A DNA stretch of 64,000 nt, taken from positions 60,080,001-60,144,000 of the forward strand of contig NW_024704742.1 in assembly GCF_018977255.1 (NCBI RefSeq). The letters run 5' to 3'. Source of the stretch: Callorhinchus milii (taxonomy: Eukaryota). The notes beneath the pieces are model-generated. The model was not told where the DNA came from. It saw nothing but the letters and a program-made list of their open reading frames with translations, and did not search any database. A program made the position numbers and the translations under genes. Of this stretch, positions 12,940 through 26,550 are shown piece by piece. Numbering within the stretch: the first letter of the stretch is position 1; the number at the start of each line of letters is the position of its first letter.

Positions 12940-13440
12940 ACAATATAGTGCCTTTCACTTCAGGCAGACTTCTCAAGGAGCTTGATATTGTTGTCTGGAA
13001 GCCCAAACTTGAGATGGGGACTGAAAAGAGGTAGGAAGGAGAAAGATGTCCGAAAGCATGATTAAAGAGTTACGTCTTGAGACAAACCAAGAAGGAAGTG
13101 ATCGAGAGAGTGAGTACGAGGGACTCCAGATAGAGTTCAGTGAATGGGGACATGAAGCAGGTTTGCTGAGCAAAGGGAGCAAAGGCTGGCTCAGTAGGGT
13201 TGAAGGAGGTTGAGGAGGAAATGTGTGGTGAGACCATGGAGGGATTTAAAGGTGAGAACGAGGATCTTGAATTTGATCTGGGGGATGAGGAGCCAATGTA
13301 GCTGATGAAGGATGGGGAGTGAAAGGCTCGTGGAGCTTTGTGTGGGAGAGGATACAGGCTACAGAATTCTGGATAGTCTGCAGCCTGCACAGGGAGAGTC
13401 CTGTGAGCAGAGCATTAGTGTAATCAACCTATGACTCCAA
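12940..13440 (-). mobile_element. Old L2 LINE 3' fragment
   Basis: Purine-rich on + strand; gaggatcttgaatttgat (IKFKIL) and gaattctggatagtctgcagcct (RLQTIQNS) match the L2 ORF2 C-terminus seen in younger copies. Confidence 0.7.
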
Positions 13441-13899
13441 TGTAAAATTATGATTGTCAAGAGTTGATTCTCCAAAACCTTTTCTTGGTTTAAAATAAAT
13501 ATATATATAAACATTTTACAAAAGCAATCGTTATCAATTAGTGCCTGATGTCCCAATATTTTTAACAATTAGTGAAAAAGCATAATTAAATTAAAAATGT
13601 TTATTATTTACAAATGAGTTCTATAAATGTTGATCTTATAAAACAATGTGGTGCTCTTTGATTGATCTGAGGCAATATAATAGATAATGCATTAAACAGA
13701 AATGCTTTTTATATGAAATTATTAAATATTAAACAGTGTATTTTAGTGGTATTAGTATTGCAGAGGGATAATACTAATGTCTAAGCAAGTTAACAGTAAA
13801 ACAGAAAGACTCAATGATGAGCTGTTTAATGCTGGAGATATCAGTCTCCTCACTGCTCCTTATCCACCTCAATTTAGGCATCAAAGCTCATCCATTTTA

Positions 13900-13995
13900 T
13901 TTACTCTGGTATGTTTCCTGCAGTTTAGAACCACCCTTCCTGTTAGGGCTTAGGCTTGCTGAGTTAACATGGACTTAATGTGAAGAACCCCTTCT
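13900..13995 (+). repeat. Fragment of the unclassified repeat family
   Basis: accacccttcctgttagggcttaggcttgctgagttaacatggacttaatgtgaagaaccc aligns by eye with 45852-45915, 36267-36330 and 10490-10540. Confidence 0.5.
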
Positions 13996-16900
13996 CAATG
14001 AGACTAGATAAACAGCATTTTCCATAGTCCAAATGGTGAACTACACAATGGATTAATTATGATTCTTATTCCTGTTTGAATGTGGTTTTGGGCTCTATTG
14101 AATTGTAATTTTCAGTTGTTGCAATTATTTAATCTGAGTTCATTAATAATCAGACTTTGAACAGTCCATCCAATAAATAATAGGATTAGTTTTAATTGTA
14201 ACAACACTACAAACTCAATATCCTTCTCTTTCCCAATAGCATTTTGTATTGTTTCTCTTCAAATACTTATTCAATTCCTTATTGAGTGTTGTTACAGTCT
14301 TAACTTTGATAGACATTTGTTTCCTGGCCATCATTATTGTGAAAATTATGAAATTGACTGTCTGAGTTTCCAAGGTTGAGAATAGGGGATTGATGTATGT
14401 AGTAAATAATTCTCAATTTAGATTTAACTTCATGAATTAAACAGCTGTGTCAAAGGAGGACTTTACATTCCTCGTAGATTTTGCTTCCATCATAGTTTTA
14501 ATACATATATTTATTACATGTAACAGTATTCTTCACTCACAGCCCGATAGCATATTCATGGAAACCCTATTTCATTGGTACATTACTATCGAACATCACT
14601 TGTTAGGTACACAGTTGCAAATGAAACCATGTCTCCTCGGGATGAAAGACTGCAGTGTAAACAATGCACTGCATCTTCAAGCAGCAATGAATTCATTTGC
14701 ACTACATACTTCAGTGCTTTTCCAAGTATTTTCCATGCACTGTAAATTTTATGAACAGAACAACTAATGGGGTTGGAACCAATCTAGGGTGGAATGATAG
14801 AGATGTAGGGGAAAAAGGATAAATATTTTAGAGTTTTGCTTGATTATTTTGCGAATCATGGAGTTTTCATCGCAGTACTTTTCCTTGGTAGATTAAGCAG
14901 GTTGAGACAAATCTATGATAGGGTGGAAAGGATGGGCATAATGAATCAGGAAGCCCTCATTCCTTTAAATGTTTCTTCGCTTAACAACCTTTTTTTGTTT
15001 AATCTGGCAATCATTATGCATTTTTAACATTTAACTTCAGGAACATTTTGAGACCCAAACTATTTCATAATATTTTTCTCTGCTTGAAAGAATATTAGTA
15101 CAGTTATTCATAAAGTATTTCTAAGAAATAATGGACAGTAGGACTATAATAAGCATTTTCCCCCTCAGCAGGAGTTACATTAACAACAAAGTACTTTCCT
15201 TGAATTATCACTTCATACCAGGAATCTTACTATTGAAGAGATGTGGAGTTTTGTGAATATAAATTATGGAGCTGTAGGAAGGCACAGATAACTATAAAAA
15301 ATTGTAAGTGAGAAAGAGACCAGAGTGAAACATGCACACATATTCATACACATACAGATCCTTTCATTGATATTCAACAGTGAACCAAAAGTGCCGGAAA
15401 TCTATACAAAGTGACAATCATTGCAGAAGTTGCAAAATATCCTTACCTTTGTCGCATCAGATTTTTGGGGAAAAGTGACGCTTTGCACACCTTTTCAAAT
15501 CTTTTAAATTCCAACTGTATAGATTAATTGCATTTGGAATGTGATAAGATGGTACATTCAGTATGTAGTTTAGGAAGGCTATTTCAGTTTAAGTTTTAGG
15601 AGATACAAAAACGTGAAGTATGATAATCTTAAATGTAATTCTTGCACTTGATATGGTGCCTTAACACGTCATCAAAATGTCTCAAAGCATGACTGTAAAG
15701 TGTAGTGACTGTGTCTTTATAGACAAATATTGCAGTAGCAATGTCACACAAACAGCTATAAAGTATATCTGTAAGCAATATAAACGCCTGTATTGAAGAA
15801 ATTATTTGGAAATGCACGTTGTGTATTCGGAAATATAGGCAAAGCCACCCCAGGAGGAATTTTATAGTAAGTAGAATTATATCAGATATGCTTTGAATCA
15901 GTTAAAACATTAATCTTTTACTCATTTTATTTAAAGAATCTGCTGTGTCAGGATTTATGGCTTGCAAACGAGAATCTCCTCCTTACAGAGTAGTGGAAGT
16001 TGCTGTTCAAGGAAAATCAAAGAGTGTAACAGAGAGATGCAGCACTCTGAGAGTGATTGTAATTCATTCTTAAATCTGTAAGGCGACATATTTAAAAAAA
16101 AAGTACATTTATCATTAGAATTAATAAATATGGAATATTTATATCAATATTTGGGTTGGATAGTCTTAAGAATGGTGATTGATTTTCGCATCTTTGGGAC
16201 ATCTGGCTGACCAAAATAAACACTGTCAAAAATAGTTTCACAATTTCAACAGTCACTTTTCCTTGAATCTTGCGATTTTTTTAAATTTGTGATGAGGTAG
16301 TATATTAAATGCAAGAAATATTATCTTGTTCCTTCTGCCGTTATCTTCACTGTTTTTTTAACAGGAGCATAGGAATGTAGAAAACTGGAAAAAGACCAAT
16401 GCACTTCATCTGTCTGTCCCAATTTACTTATAAATTTGACAACATCAGCATAATAATAATGATAATCTTGCATTTGATAAACCATCTTTCATTTATGGAA
16501 GATGACAAAAGTATTTCAGAGGATTCATTGTAAATTGTAGCTATGTGTATTTTATAGGCGAACGCCATTACAGGAAAAAGCATTTTCTGACTTGCTAGTT
16601 AAAAATTGCATGATACATCACTTATGGACATAGAGTATTGGCTAATAGCAACAAACATTCAGTAGAAAGGATAAATAGCATGTGCTTACAGTTTTCTCAT
16701 CAGTATATTTTTAACATCTTGAAAAGTATCAAATTAGGAAATATAGAATTATTAATAGCTCTTTATATCTTCGGAAATAATATCTGTACAAAACGAATGT
16801 TACTGGTCTCTTTCAGCCCGTTATAATTATGCAACATGGGACACTTCCTTTAAGTTTGTCAATAAATCTTTGTTAGTTCTCATTATCTTTTTGAGTGCAT

Positions 16901-17694
16901 TGATTCGGTTAGCCACGTGCGCTTGGCAAAAGCTCCACTGTTTCAGTCATTCATACCTACTTCAAGCATTTTACACAGTATAGAAAATATTCTTTCTGAT
17001 GGAGCTTATTATCTTGAATAGACCTTCTGAAATGAACAAGATATCTACCTAGCGTTAAAAAAGAAATCAGTTTAACATTCTGATAGATTTGACTCTCACT
17101 GCCAAGGCTCACACATGAACAATGGCTACATGGGCTGATCTTGCCACATTGGCAAGAACCTGGAAGAAATACAAAACCAGAAATCTTTCAGTAATCCATT
17201 AATATAATAATGCAAACAACAAGGAAAGTGAAGCTGGAAAGAAGATTGATTGTACTGTTGAAGTACATTCACTATTAGGCATGTGCAGGAACGGAGGACA
17301 CCACTGTGAACCATCTACAGTAAAAAAATAAGCTATCACTCATACCTCAATCAATTTCTTTGCCAAATAGCTGTTTAATTCCATGGCGAATTTATTGACA
17401 CAAGCCTCCTCGAACCGCCTCCTTCAGCAACTATTTCACATATACGTCACTTTCTGTGTGAAGTAATTAAATCTGCTCTGTCTGCTCACCTTCCCTATTT
17501 TGGGCTTGGCTTTCTCTACCCTTGTTGTATAGTTTGTCTCTCCTTGTCAGAGACACAATTTTCTACGTCCAATTTTGTTGTTCTTTCCAGATATCATTTG
17601 TGCCCCAAAATAGATTAATTCTCACAAAAATGTGAGATCACCTATTCATATCAACTTCTTTTTTTGTCAGATCAATAAAACCCACCAGAGAGAC

Positions 17695-18075
17695 AATCCC
17701 GATGGTCTAGTGGTTAGAACTGCAGCTTACAGACAAGGTTGGAGTCCTGATCTGTATTGAATTTGCTTGTCATAGCTGATGGTGCATGTGGAGGATATAT
17801 TGGTTCAAGAATCCCCAGGGTTAGGGAGGGGACAAGGAGCCAGGGTTCCTGCTCCAAATCCCTCCTCATCCACCCTCCACTGAATGTGTGTGGCAGCTGC
17901 CTGAGGAAAGGTCAGGCTCAGCTGTGACATCCTCTACATTGAGCAGTCTGCCAACACTCACTGCCAAGGCTCACACATGAACAATGGCCACTTGGGCAGG
18001 ATCCCGGAGTGCAACCAGAGACGTGCTACTGCATCCCCAAACAGGAGGATGGTGGGGACCAGGAGCAGAGACACG
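17695..18075 (+). mobile_element. AmnSINE2-like ancient SINE
   Basis: gggttagggaggggacaaggagccagggttcctgctcc and ctgccaacactcactgccaaggctcacacatgaacaatggccacttgggc resemble the AmnSINE2 consensus as I recall it; needs a Dfam check. Confidence 0.65.
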
Positions 18076-19183
18076 AGTATCAGTCTGGAGAAAATCAGAA
18101 AAGAATTGGACACCCTAAATTTACTGAATAAAAAAACACCAGAGGTGTGTAAAGATTCAGAACAATTCAAACATGTCGCATTAGACAAGTTAACTTCTTT
18201 ACCCTCATCTTCACACCAACCTTTTTATAGCCTCTTTCCACAACTTTCCCTGCCTTGCTTTTACTGCATTATTTGCCTGAACTGACTAAATTAAACTAAA
18301 AATGAAGGCAATTAACAATAAAATGCACAAGCACTTATACAGATGAGCAGTGGACATGTTTTTAACTCTATCTTGTTTAATGAAGATGCTGTACACTATG
18401 ACTGAAGGTTGTTTCATTAAGTTATAATGGTTAGCCTACGAGAGTATTTCATCTTAAAATTTTAAATTGTTGCAGGCTTGTGAAAAATGCAGGCTTCATT
18501 TACAAACCTTTTTTGCATTCCTTAAAAAGAACAGTTTTGAAGAAGATGAATAGATTGCTCTTCTAAAGAGCCCTCTTCTGTGCTGTTAGATACTGTGGTT
18601 CTAAATTGAAGAATTCTCCTCAATTCTATACAACCTTAAATTTGAATTTAAATTTTAAATTTAAATTTGAAGATAAAGTAAAAAAGACAGGTTAAAACTG
18701 GGTGGATATCGGACCATTTAAGTTGTTCCTTCAAACATAAATAGAGTATAAAACTGGCTTGCAATTTGTTTCCATCATATGGTTGAATAACTTGCCTTTG
18801 GAACTCTTCGTACTTGGTTGTTGGTGTTATAACAAGAACTGGATTCAGTCTTTTTATACCGAATAATGAGAAGCATTGATTCTCACGTGGAATCGTTATA
18901 CCCATGCCGATATTTGAATTTCTCCAGACTGGATTCAGTTCACCTTCGAAAATCAGAAATCAAATACTATATTGCAAGCTGTCACACGTTTCTTAAATGA
19001 GTCCAGTGTACTGCCTCTGGACTTCCAGCATCTGTTCTATCCCAGCTACAGTTGAGAGCCGTTTGCTCATGAAACACTGCCGGGATCAAAAAATAGGTGA
19101 GAGGTTGCTTGGCACAACTATTTTTTTTGACAAACTTAAAGAGAATTAACTGAAAAATGTCGCAATTGCCTGGCATGTTGGTC

Positions 19184-19400
19184 TTAATAATAATACTTGC
19201 ATTTTGGTATAAACCTTTTTTCATGTTGCTGAGATGTCTCAAGGCAATTCACAGGATTATACTGTATAATGACTGCGCATTTGTAGGTGAACGCAACAGC
19301 CAATTTGCGCACAGCAATGTACCACAAACAGCCGTGATGTGAGTGACCTATTTTATTTGGGGAATTGTTGGCCAGGACACTGGGAAAACTCCCTTCTCTA
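19184..19400 (-). mobile_element. Deu-SINE 3' half
   Basis: gaacgcaacagccaatttgcgcacagcaatgtaccacaaacag (reverse Deu core) and a (TAA)n tail. Confidence 0.8.
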
Positions 19401-20309
19401 AAAGAAAGTTTGGTTAGTATTTCAAGGTGTTATCCTTCACCAGAGCCGAGATTCAAATTATCATCTATAATTTTTCTGCAGAGACTCTTTGATTTGCCTA
19501 TTTATATATTAGCCCCAAATTAGTTTTTTTGCAGTTGGTATTGACTTCAAAACTCAACCCTAATATTAACTAATCATAAACAGCTATAGTATTGATTATA
19601 ACATCAACACCAGTCTGCACTTATTTGGTAGCTTTCACATAGGATAAACATCTCAAAGTGCTTCACAGAGACCAATCGGGATCACTGAGCAGGGAGAATT
19701 TATATACATTATCAAAGAGATACATTTTGAAGGCAGGGAGGGAGAAAAGCAAAGAAATTTTGGCAGAGATTTCCAGGGAATGGGAAAAGGGAGCGGCAGA
19801 AGGGTGGTGAAATGGAGGGCATTTGTAATGAGGGAATCTTGGATGGAAGAGTGAGGAATTAAAGCATGTGAAGAGGTACTGCACTGCGGTACAAGGCGCC
19901 ACAATATTGTAGCATCTCAGTGATTTGTGCCTTTCCCTGACAAATGTAGACACACCATTATAAACACTGAGTGTGGAGACTCCTGTGGATAAATGCACTA
20001 TTTAGTATACTATTGAGTCCCACAAACTAGACCTGAACTCAGTTTCTGCTGACTGATCGCAGCTGAGGCAGCAATTGGTCTATGCATCAGCTCGCTGGTG
20101 AAGGGAAGAATCAATCAAAGATCTCCCACTCTGTTACTATCCTCTCAACATGTCTTCCCCCAACTCCCACCTCCTCGTCCCCTGCCTCCCACACACACAC
20201 ACACAGACACTGGAATGCACCTGTGTGGAAATTAGACAAAAGAATTAGGATTTGCTGAATATCTTCTGCATGGTTTAATAAATTTACAACACTCATTGCC
20301 TTGGCTGAG

Positions 20310-20508
20310 ACATCAAGAATGGTTACTTGAGAGTGTGTTGATTCCTTCAAACACAGATTAGATAGTTTTCTTTTAGGAAATAACATTATGGGAATTAACA
20401 CATAAGTAGTTTGGGACATATGTGCAAGCAACCGCCAGGAAGGTGGAAGGCAAACTAGATGGATCTTGGTCTTTTTTTGGTCTAGCATTACCTATGTTCT
20501 TATGTTAT
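20310..20508 (+). mobile_element. CR1-type LINE 3' end (second family)
   Basis: ttcaaacacagattagatagttt (FKHRLDSF), then gaaggcaaactagatggatcttggtctt and the tail cctatgttcttatgttatg; reverse copy at 58292-58375. Confidence 0.55.
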
Positions 20509-23199
20509 GAGAGAGGTACAGGAGGGCATTACCCCAGCACATGAGTCAGGACCTTCTGGAAAGAAAGGGCTAAAAGGAAAATAAAAAAGCTGGAGCAAAG
20601 TGGCCTCAAAAAGTAACAAATGGTCATTCACACAAGCTTCTGGGCATCTCTAACCTATCTGTACGGAGCTACAACACGATTAATATATCGCACAGGGTAC
20701 ACTTTACTCAGGCATAGCCTGTGGAAAAAAAAACATTTTTAAAAACAACTCACAACCCAAAGATATCTCTAATACATCTCCTGATTATTTGTTTCCCCAT
20801 CTGTATTGAAATCATGTGCTTTGCCCAAATACACAAAAATGCAGGATAAGTATCAAGAATATAGCAAAGTTTTTAAAAAGAACAATATTTCCATTCTGAT
20901 TACCAGGACTTCCCAAATTAAATACAAGCAGTTTACGAACATTAACAGAAACCTAGAGTTATTTTACCTCATTCTATATAATTTCTTTTATTATTTTATA
21001 ATAATGTTTAATATGGTTGATATTATAGAAGTAAAATCACTGTATAGATGACAGAATCTGAAGGCACATAGCATCAGACAATTATTACAGTAATATTAAA
21101 AGTTGTGCAGCAACTGTTAGAGAACAAAACAACATTATAAGAAATATCCTGTTTTATTATGCCTTCAATAGACATTCAGCTAGAGAAGTCTATGTAAATG
21201 ATTATGCAGTTTGATGATTTTATCAATTAATCGCAATATAACCTCAAATTATTAGAGATATTTTGCTACATCTTATTAGTTTTGATGAGGCAATGACATT
21301 CACCACAGACAGTGTGGCAGAAATGCAGCTAATTTCATGGGATTCTTTTCATATCCGCTTAAACTCTAATTTAGAGGCTTAGTATAGTGGTTAACCTAGC
21401 TATATTGTTCACTAAAAAAGTAAGAACAGTCCTGTAATTGCATCGAAAACAAAGCCATTTTTCAAACACCAAAGTACATACAGAACTCTGTCACTGTTCT
21501 CAGACAATCATCATATTTTTTGCCATTCCTCTGTTGACACTGGATATGAAAGTTTTGTGGAAAGCTGAAAGTATATTGAAATGTCTCTGATCACAGACCA
21601 TGTTACGAGTTTGCTTCCTATTTGACAGTGCATGTCCATTATTAGGTCCAAAGAGAAAGGAAAATATGTTTAAATATGCAAGATAAACACATAAAGCATT
21701 TTACAGTAAAATATGTGCTATTACCCACTACAAATGTGTAAATATTTATGAAACATTATGTAACATGTCAATAAGCATTTTAATCACATGAAATGATTTG
21801 GAACAGGGTTTTCTATCAATCAATGCCAACAATAGCACTTTGTCTAAAAATATCTTGATTCTAAAGCATTCAAACAGATCCTGCATTACACCTTGTTAGT
21901 GTGTGATATTGATATTACATGTTTTACATTGTTTAACTCGTATAGATACATGTATCATATGACACATGTATTAATAGTTCATTAAACGTATCTAAACTAT
22001 TTATGCAATGACCAAAAGGATGCCTGTCAAAAGAATGTGAAAAGTTGCTCAGCAGTTTCCTGTTACCATTAAATTGTTTGCCTTCCTACTGGAGGCAGAA
22101 ATATAACAGCATGCCATCAAATAATTACTAGTAGGAGTGACATTTAAAAAGAGAAATCCATTTTGATGTTTGATTTATAAACAGCTTGTTCCTAACCTTC
22201 AGTCATTCCCTAACATTAGAGAACATGTTGTACAAATTCTGTAAATAGGTTGAATCAGAGCTAAGCTTGTCATCTGTGTGCAGCAGTCTCTGTCATTTCG
22301 AGAAATTGGTGAACACTGATTTTAGACACATCAGTGAAAACCATGTTCAGTCCCTAGCCTCAACTCTATATTTAAATCACCCATAGCTTTTTCGACGCCA
22401 AATTAAAAGTGCCTTCGTACACTTTGTCGAAAAACTACGAGTTGTAACCTATGATTAGACTTTAATGTGACGTTCATAAGATTTAGTGACTGCTTGAAAT
22501 AATCCTCACCATTTAAGAGGTGATTAATGGGAGAAAAAAATGCTTGACTGGTATCTGCTATCTTCATGTAGAGAGGAAAAACCTGCATGGGTAGGTGGAC
22601 AAGAAAAATATAAGCTCTGATATTTTGCACCGTCCTCTGGTAAATTACTTCTATTCCTCTTGCAATACTCTATATATAACACAAAACTACAAATAGGAAT
22701 TAGAACAGACTGTGACTTTGATTACCTGGTGCAGCAATTTCTATAATTTTAATATCAGCTACAAGTAAGTTATTGCTTGTTCTCATCAGACTTCCCAACC
22801 ACCTGCTTCACTACAGATATTGTCGTTGGTGGCATCAAAGGGAACAGCTCATTCTATTAGAAAACCTGGTTCCGAAAAAAATACTCACAACTGGAATGTA
22901 GTCACAGTTGACATTGAGGAGTTAAAACTGTCAAACTGAGTTTATACATTCATTAAAGAAACTAGCCTTGCATGCACAATACTTGAAATAACCTCTCTTC
23001 TGTCAGGATTTGTTGTACAATTTCACAATGAAAGAAAACTTTCCAATGCATTCTTTCCACTTATTTCAATGTTATTATCAATATCTCCCTTTTTTTAAAA
23101 ATATGCACGGCAGACATTAACACTTCTTTCCACTGAACCTGGTAGTTGCCAGTCGTGTGATTTAACAGGTTTTGCTTTGCATTATTCTACCTTAATTTC

Positions 23200-23815
23200 T
23201 CATACCTTTGCTGCACGTCTTCTCTGCACAGGCGTCTTGTAACAGGACTTCACTCACTCACTCACTCTGAGAAGAGGTGTTTGTTCGGTGGTGGTCAAGA
23301 AGTGTGGCACTTGAAAGTTCTCACTCTGCGCTCATTCACTGAGAAGAAAGCAGTTGCTTCCCTTTAGCCTGGACTGTGAAATCTGCTGCAGCCTCACTTA
23401 CTGCCACTGCACTTAGTCTTCTAATCCACTCGGGCTGCTTGTAGTGACCATGGCAGCAGCCTTGCATCTTTATGTAATGTTCTGTCAGGATACCCTGCAG
23501 GCATGACGAGAACAGAACAGCCCTACACAGCAACTGTGGGCTGGACCCTCCTGCTGAGAGGAGTGAGATGTGATGTGAATGCAGTCTGCAGTCCACCAAT
23601 GCTGAACAAGTGCACCACAGTGCTCAGTGGAACCATAGGGTAATGACATCTATCCTCTGCTACACATATTAATGGGAAGAGAGAGAGAGAGGAAAAAAAA
23701 TCATCCCTCTGCCACTTTGTGGACACTGTCAAAGAGGAGCAGACAGCTTAAAAAGCTGCCATAGAAACCTCTGGGGTTTAAATAGCCTATTTCAGTTAGA
23801 GAACAGGGGCCAATA
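23200..23815. promoter_or_regulatory. Repeat-free, relatively GC-rich island with promoter- and exon-like signals, strand unresolved
   Basis: Minus strand: TATA/MEF2-like GGCTATTTAAAC (23787-23776), RFX-like GTTTCTATGGCAGC (23768-23755), CCAAT at 23810, donors at 23402|GTAAGT and 23206|GTATG. Plus strand: acceptor ttctctgcacAG at 23231 and donor AGG|GTAATG at 23639. Confidence 0.3.
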
Positions 23816-25311
23816 AATAAAAAAGAAATGCACTTGCCCTTTGGTCACATATCCAATTTATCTTTTGCCTTCTGAAAAGTTTGGCGTCTAAGAAATTAAT
23901 TTTACACAACTTAAGCAACCGCTCATCTTTTTATGGAAGAATGTGGATCTGTTTTTTTTTGCAGAATGTGTTACAGAAATAAGGGAAGAAATCAGACTAT
24001 GAAATGATTCAAGCCTCAATACTGCATGTCGGTCAGTATGCAGCTGTTGTAATGTTATCCTGTAACCCCTTAATGGACAAGTGAATTTTCTATGCCATCA
24101 ATCCAAAGCACTTGGGAAGCTCATCTGATTGTCAGATGATTTTTTTCAGATTACATATGTCTCAAAATGCATTGTGCATTTTTTAAAATATTCATTTCTT
24201 CCTTTTTTGTTGTATTCCTCCATATCAGGAAAGGAAATGTGACACTCAAGAGAATCAGAAGACACTGGTAGATGTCATTCGAATCAGCGGAGGGAAGAAT
24301 GGAAGACCAAAGTGTTAACATTTATAAATGAAGTTCATGTAAGTTATACTGGATTTTTTTATGTTGTCTTTTAAGTAGGTTACAGCAAGAATAGACTGTA
24401 GTGTTTTGCAATCAAGGACCTGACAGATGCTGACCTTGAGGTGTATTGGTACACTCAAATGCACATCCATTTAAACTGTAGTCAAAGGGAGTGGAGATGT
24501 TCTATTAATATGCACAGCAAAACCAGTGGGTTTAAAAGTGTGTGTAAGCATTTAAACTGCTATCAGCAAATTCACCTTGAAACACAATGGAAACAAAACC
24601 TGAGACAATTTGTTTTTCATTGAAAGCTTTAACTGGACGAGTTTATATTGTTTCTCGAGATAGATAAAATATTGGATACTGGTGACATTTAGTACGGAAC
24701 ACAAGTGAGGGGATTTAGGAGGGATTGAAAACTCTTGCGTTCTCTAACTCTGATCAAAGTAGCAACTACAAAGTATGAACAGTGTCTAATCATTCAATCA
24801 TAACATCATCAAAGCTCCCGTGACTGTTAGTTATTTTCTAGAATGTATACCTAGCTGTTGGTGAAATCGTTCAAAACCCATGTGTGTCATTATTCTTGGT
24901 GCATTGTGAGTTTGTCTTCTGTTGTAATCTGTGCTGACTATGATGAATTAAAGGGCTTTGTATCCAACAACGGCAACAACACTTTACATCTATGTAGTGT
25001 TTTTCATATCTGGAGGACATCTCAAAGTGCTTCACACAGCTGACCAAAAGGTGGCCAAAAGTATGGTCAAAGGGATACAATCATTTCAGAGCTAAAGAAA
25101 TCAGTATTGCCATTTGAAGCTCACTTCCTGAGCAGTAAAATGCAGTCGTCAGAATGAAAGCAATAATTAGAAAAAGCAAGGGCTCTTCAGTCTACAGAGA
25201 TGTTTCAGAGAGGACATCACAGGGGTCTATAAATTTTAAGAGGGGTTAAATCCCGAACAAAATTTCAGGATGCATTAAAATAGTAGAATAAGAGGACATG
25301 GGATTAGAGCT

Positions 25312-25590
25312 GTTTTTGTTTGGTCAGCCAGGTATCTGACACAGAAACCCATCACCATGCTTAAGAGTATCCAAATAAAATTGAGAGTTCCATGCACAAC
25401 AATTATAAATGGAAATTCTAGAGATGTTTACTGGAATGGAATGTGCACACCCTGGAGTGACGATTCCTGCTTACTTAATTCTGGAAATAATAATTTGCCG
25501 ATTGGCAAATGCCAAGGCTCGTGGACCCCACAATATGTGTTGGGGGTAGATGGAATCTAACCTGCTAAAACTGCATAGCTGACATAGGTT
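25312..25590 (+). repeat. Unclassified repeat, copy 2 (5' part)
   Basis: tttttgtttggtcagccaggtatctgacacagaaaccc...ctggaatggaatgtgcacaccctgga...cctgcttacttaattc...gccaaggctcgtggaccc...gctaaaactgca. Confidence 0.7.
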
Positions 25591-26062
25591 TAGAGATGCA
25601 AAGGTCAATTTTTAAGACAGAAAACATAGGGGACACAAAGAGCAATCAACCACCGGAACAGATTGCCAGAGTCTGTAAGGAGAAGATGAAATGGGCCAAA
25701 GGGAGTTCTTCATCCAAACTAATCTTGTAAAACAGAGGAATTTCCATCAGTATGGTCAAGTGATATCATAATCTATGAGAGCGCAGCTTGAGTCATTTAT
25801 ATTTGTCATCAAATCCCCCTCGATAGAATGATAGCATTCAAATTACTGTGCTTCTGGGCAATTTTTAAAGAAAATAATATAATACAGAATAAGCCGGACA
25901 TGATGTTCAGCACTTCAGTGGTTTGTCCCTCAGCAGAGGAAAAAGCAGCTGCTGGTGGCTGTCAGAGAAAGAGCTGAGTTAACAATGCAGCAACTCAATG
26001 CGAAATGTGGTTAAAATGAGACTGTAAAAAAAATGGTCATTTCATCAGAGGTTCAAAATATT

Positions 26063-26550
26063 AATAATAATAATAATCTTTGCATTTAATATGGTCCCTT
26101 ATCATGTGTTTGAGACATCCCAAACCTCTTCAAAGAATATACAAAAAATAACAATGCAAAATTACATTTGTAGCGTGCCTTTCATGTCAGGAGGACATCT
26201 CAAGGCTTTGGACAATCGGGGATTACTGTAAAGTGAATTATGTACTGCACAGTGAATTGACTGTAAATTTGTGGATGAAACGCAGCAGCCAATTGTACAC
26301 AACAGTGTTCTACAAACAGTTGTGGATTGAGTGGTCAAATTATTATTTTATTTAATTGATTTTTTGAAGGGATTATTACCCCCAGAAAAGCGATCCGCCA
26401 ATCAACTAACTATCAGGTTCATACTTACTACGAGGTATAAAGAGGTATGTGGAGTAAGGAAAGTTGCCTAAGGTTTCGCCCTGCCCAGGAACTAAACCCA
26501 GATCCTCTTGCTTGGGAGGCGAATGCTCTTACCAATACTTTACAGGACTC
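26063..26550 (-). mobile_element. tRNA-headed Deu-SINE, long subfamily, with a nested L2 tail at ~26150-26222
   Basis: Minus head GAGTCCTGTAAAGTATTGGTAAGAGCATTCGCCTCCCAAGCAAGAGG, internal GATTGGCGGATCGCTTTTCTGGGGG segment, Deu core; tail interrupted by aattacatttgtagcgtgcctttcatgtcaggaggacatc. Confidence 0.85.

Noticed and set aside
21946..21971. Near-perfect 26-bp palindrome atacatgtatcatatgacacatgtat as a miRNA hairpin
   Set aside because: Too short and AT-rich, the flanks pair poorly, and no known mature miRNA sequence was recognised.
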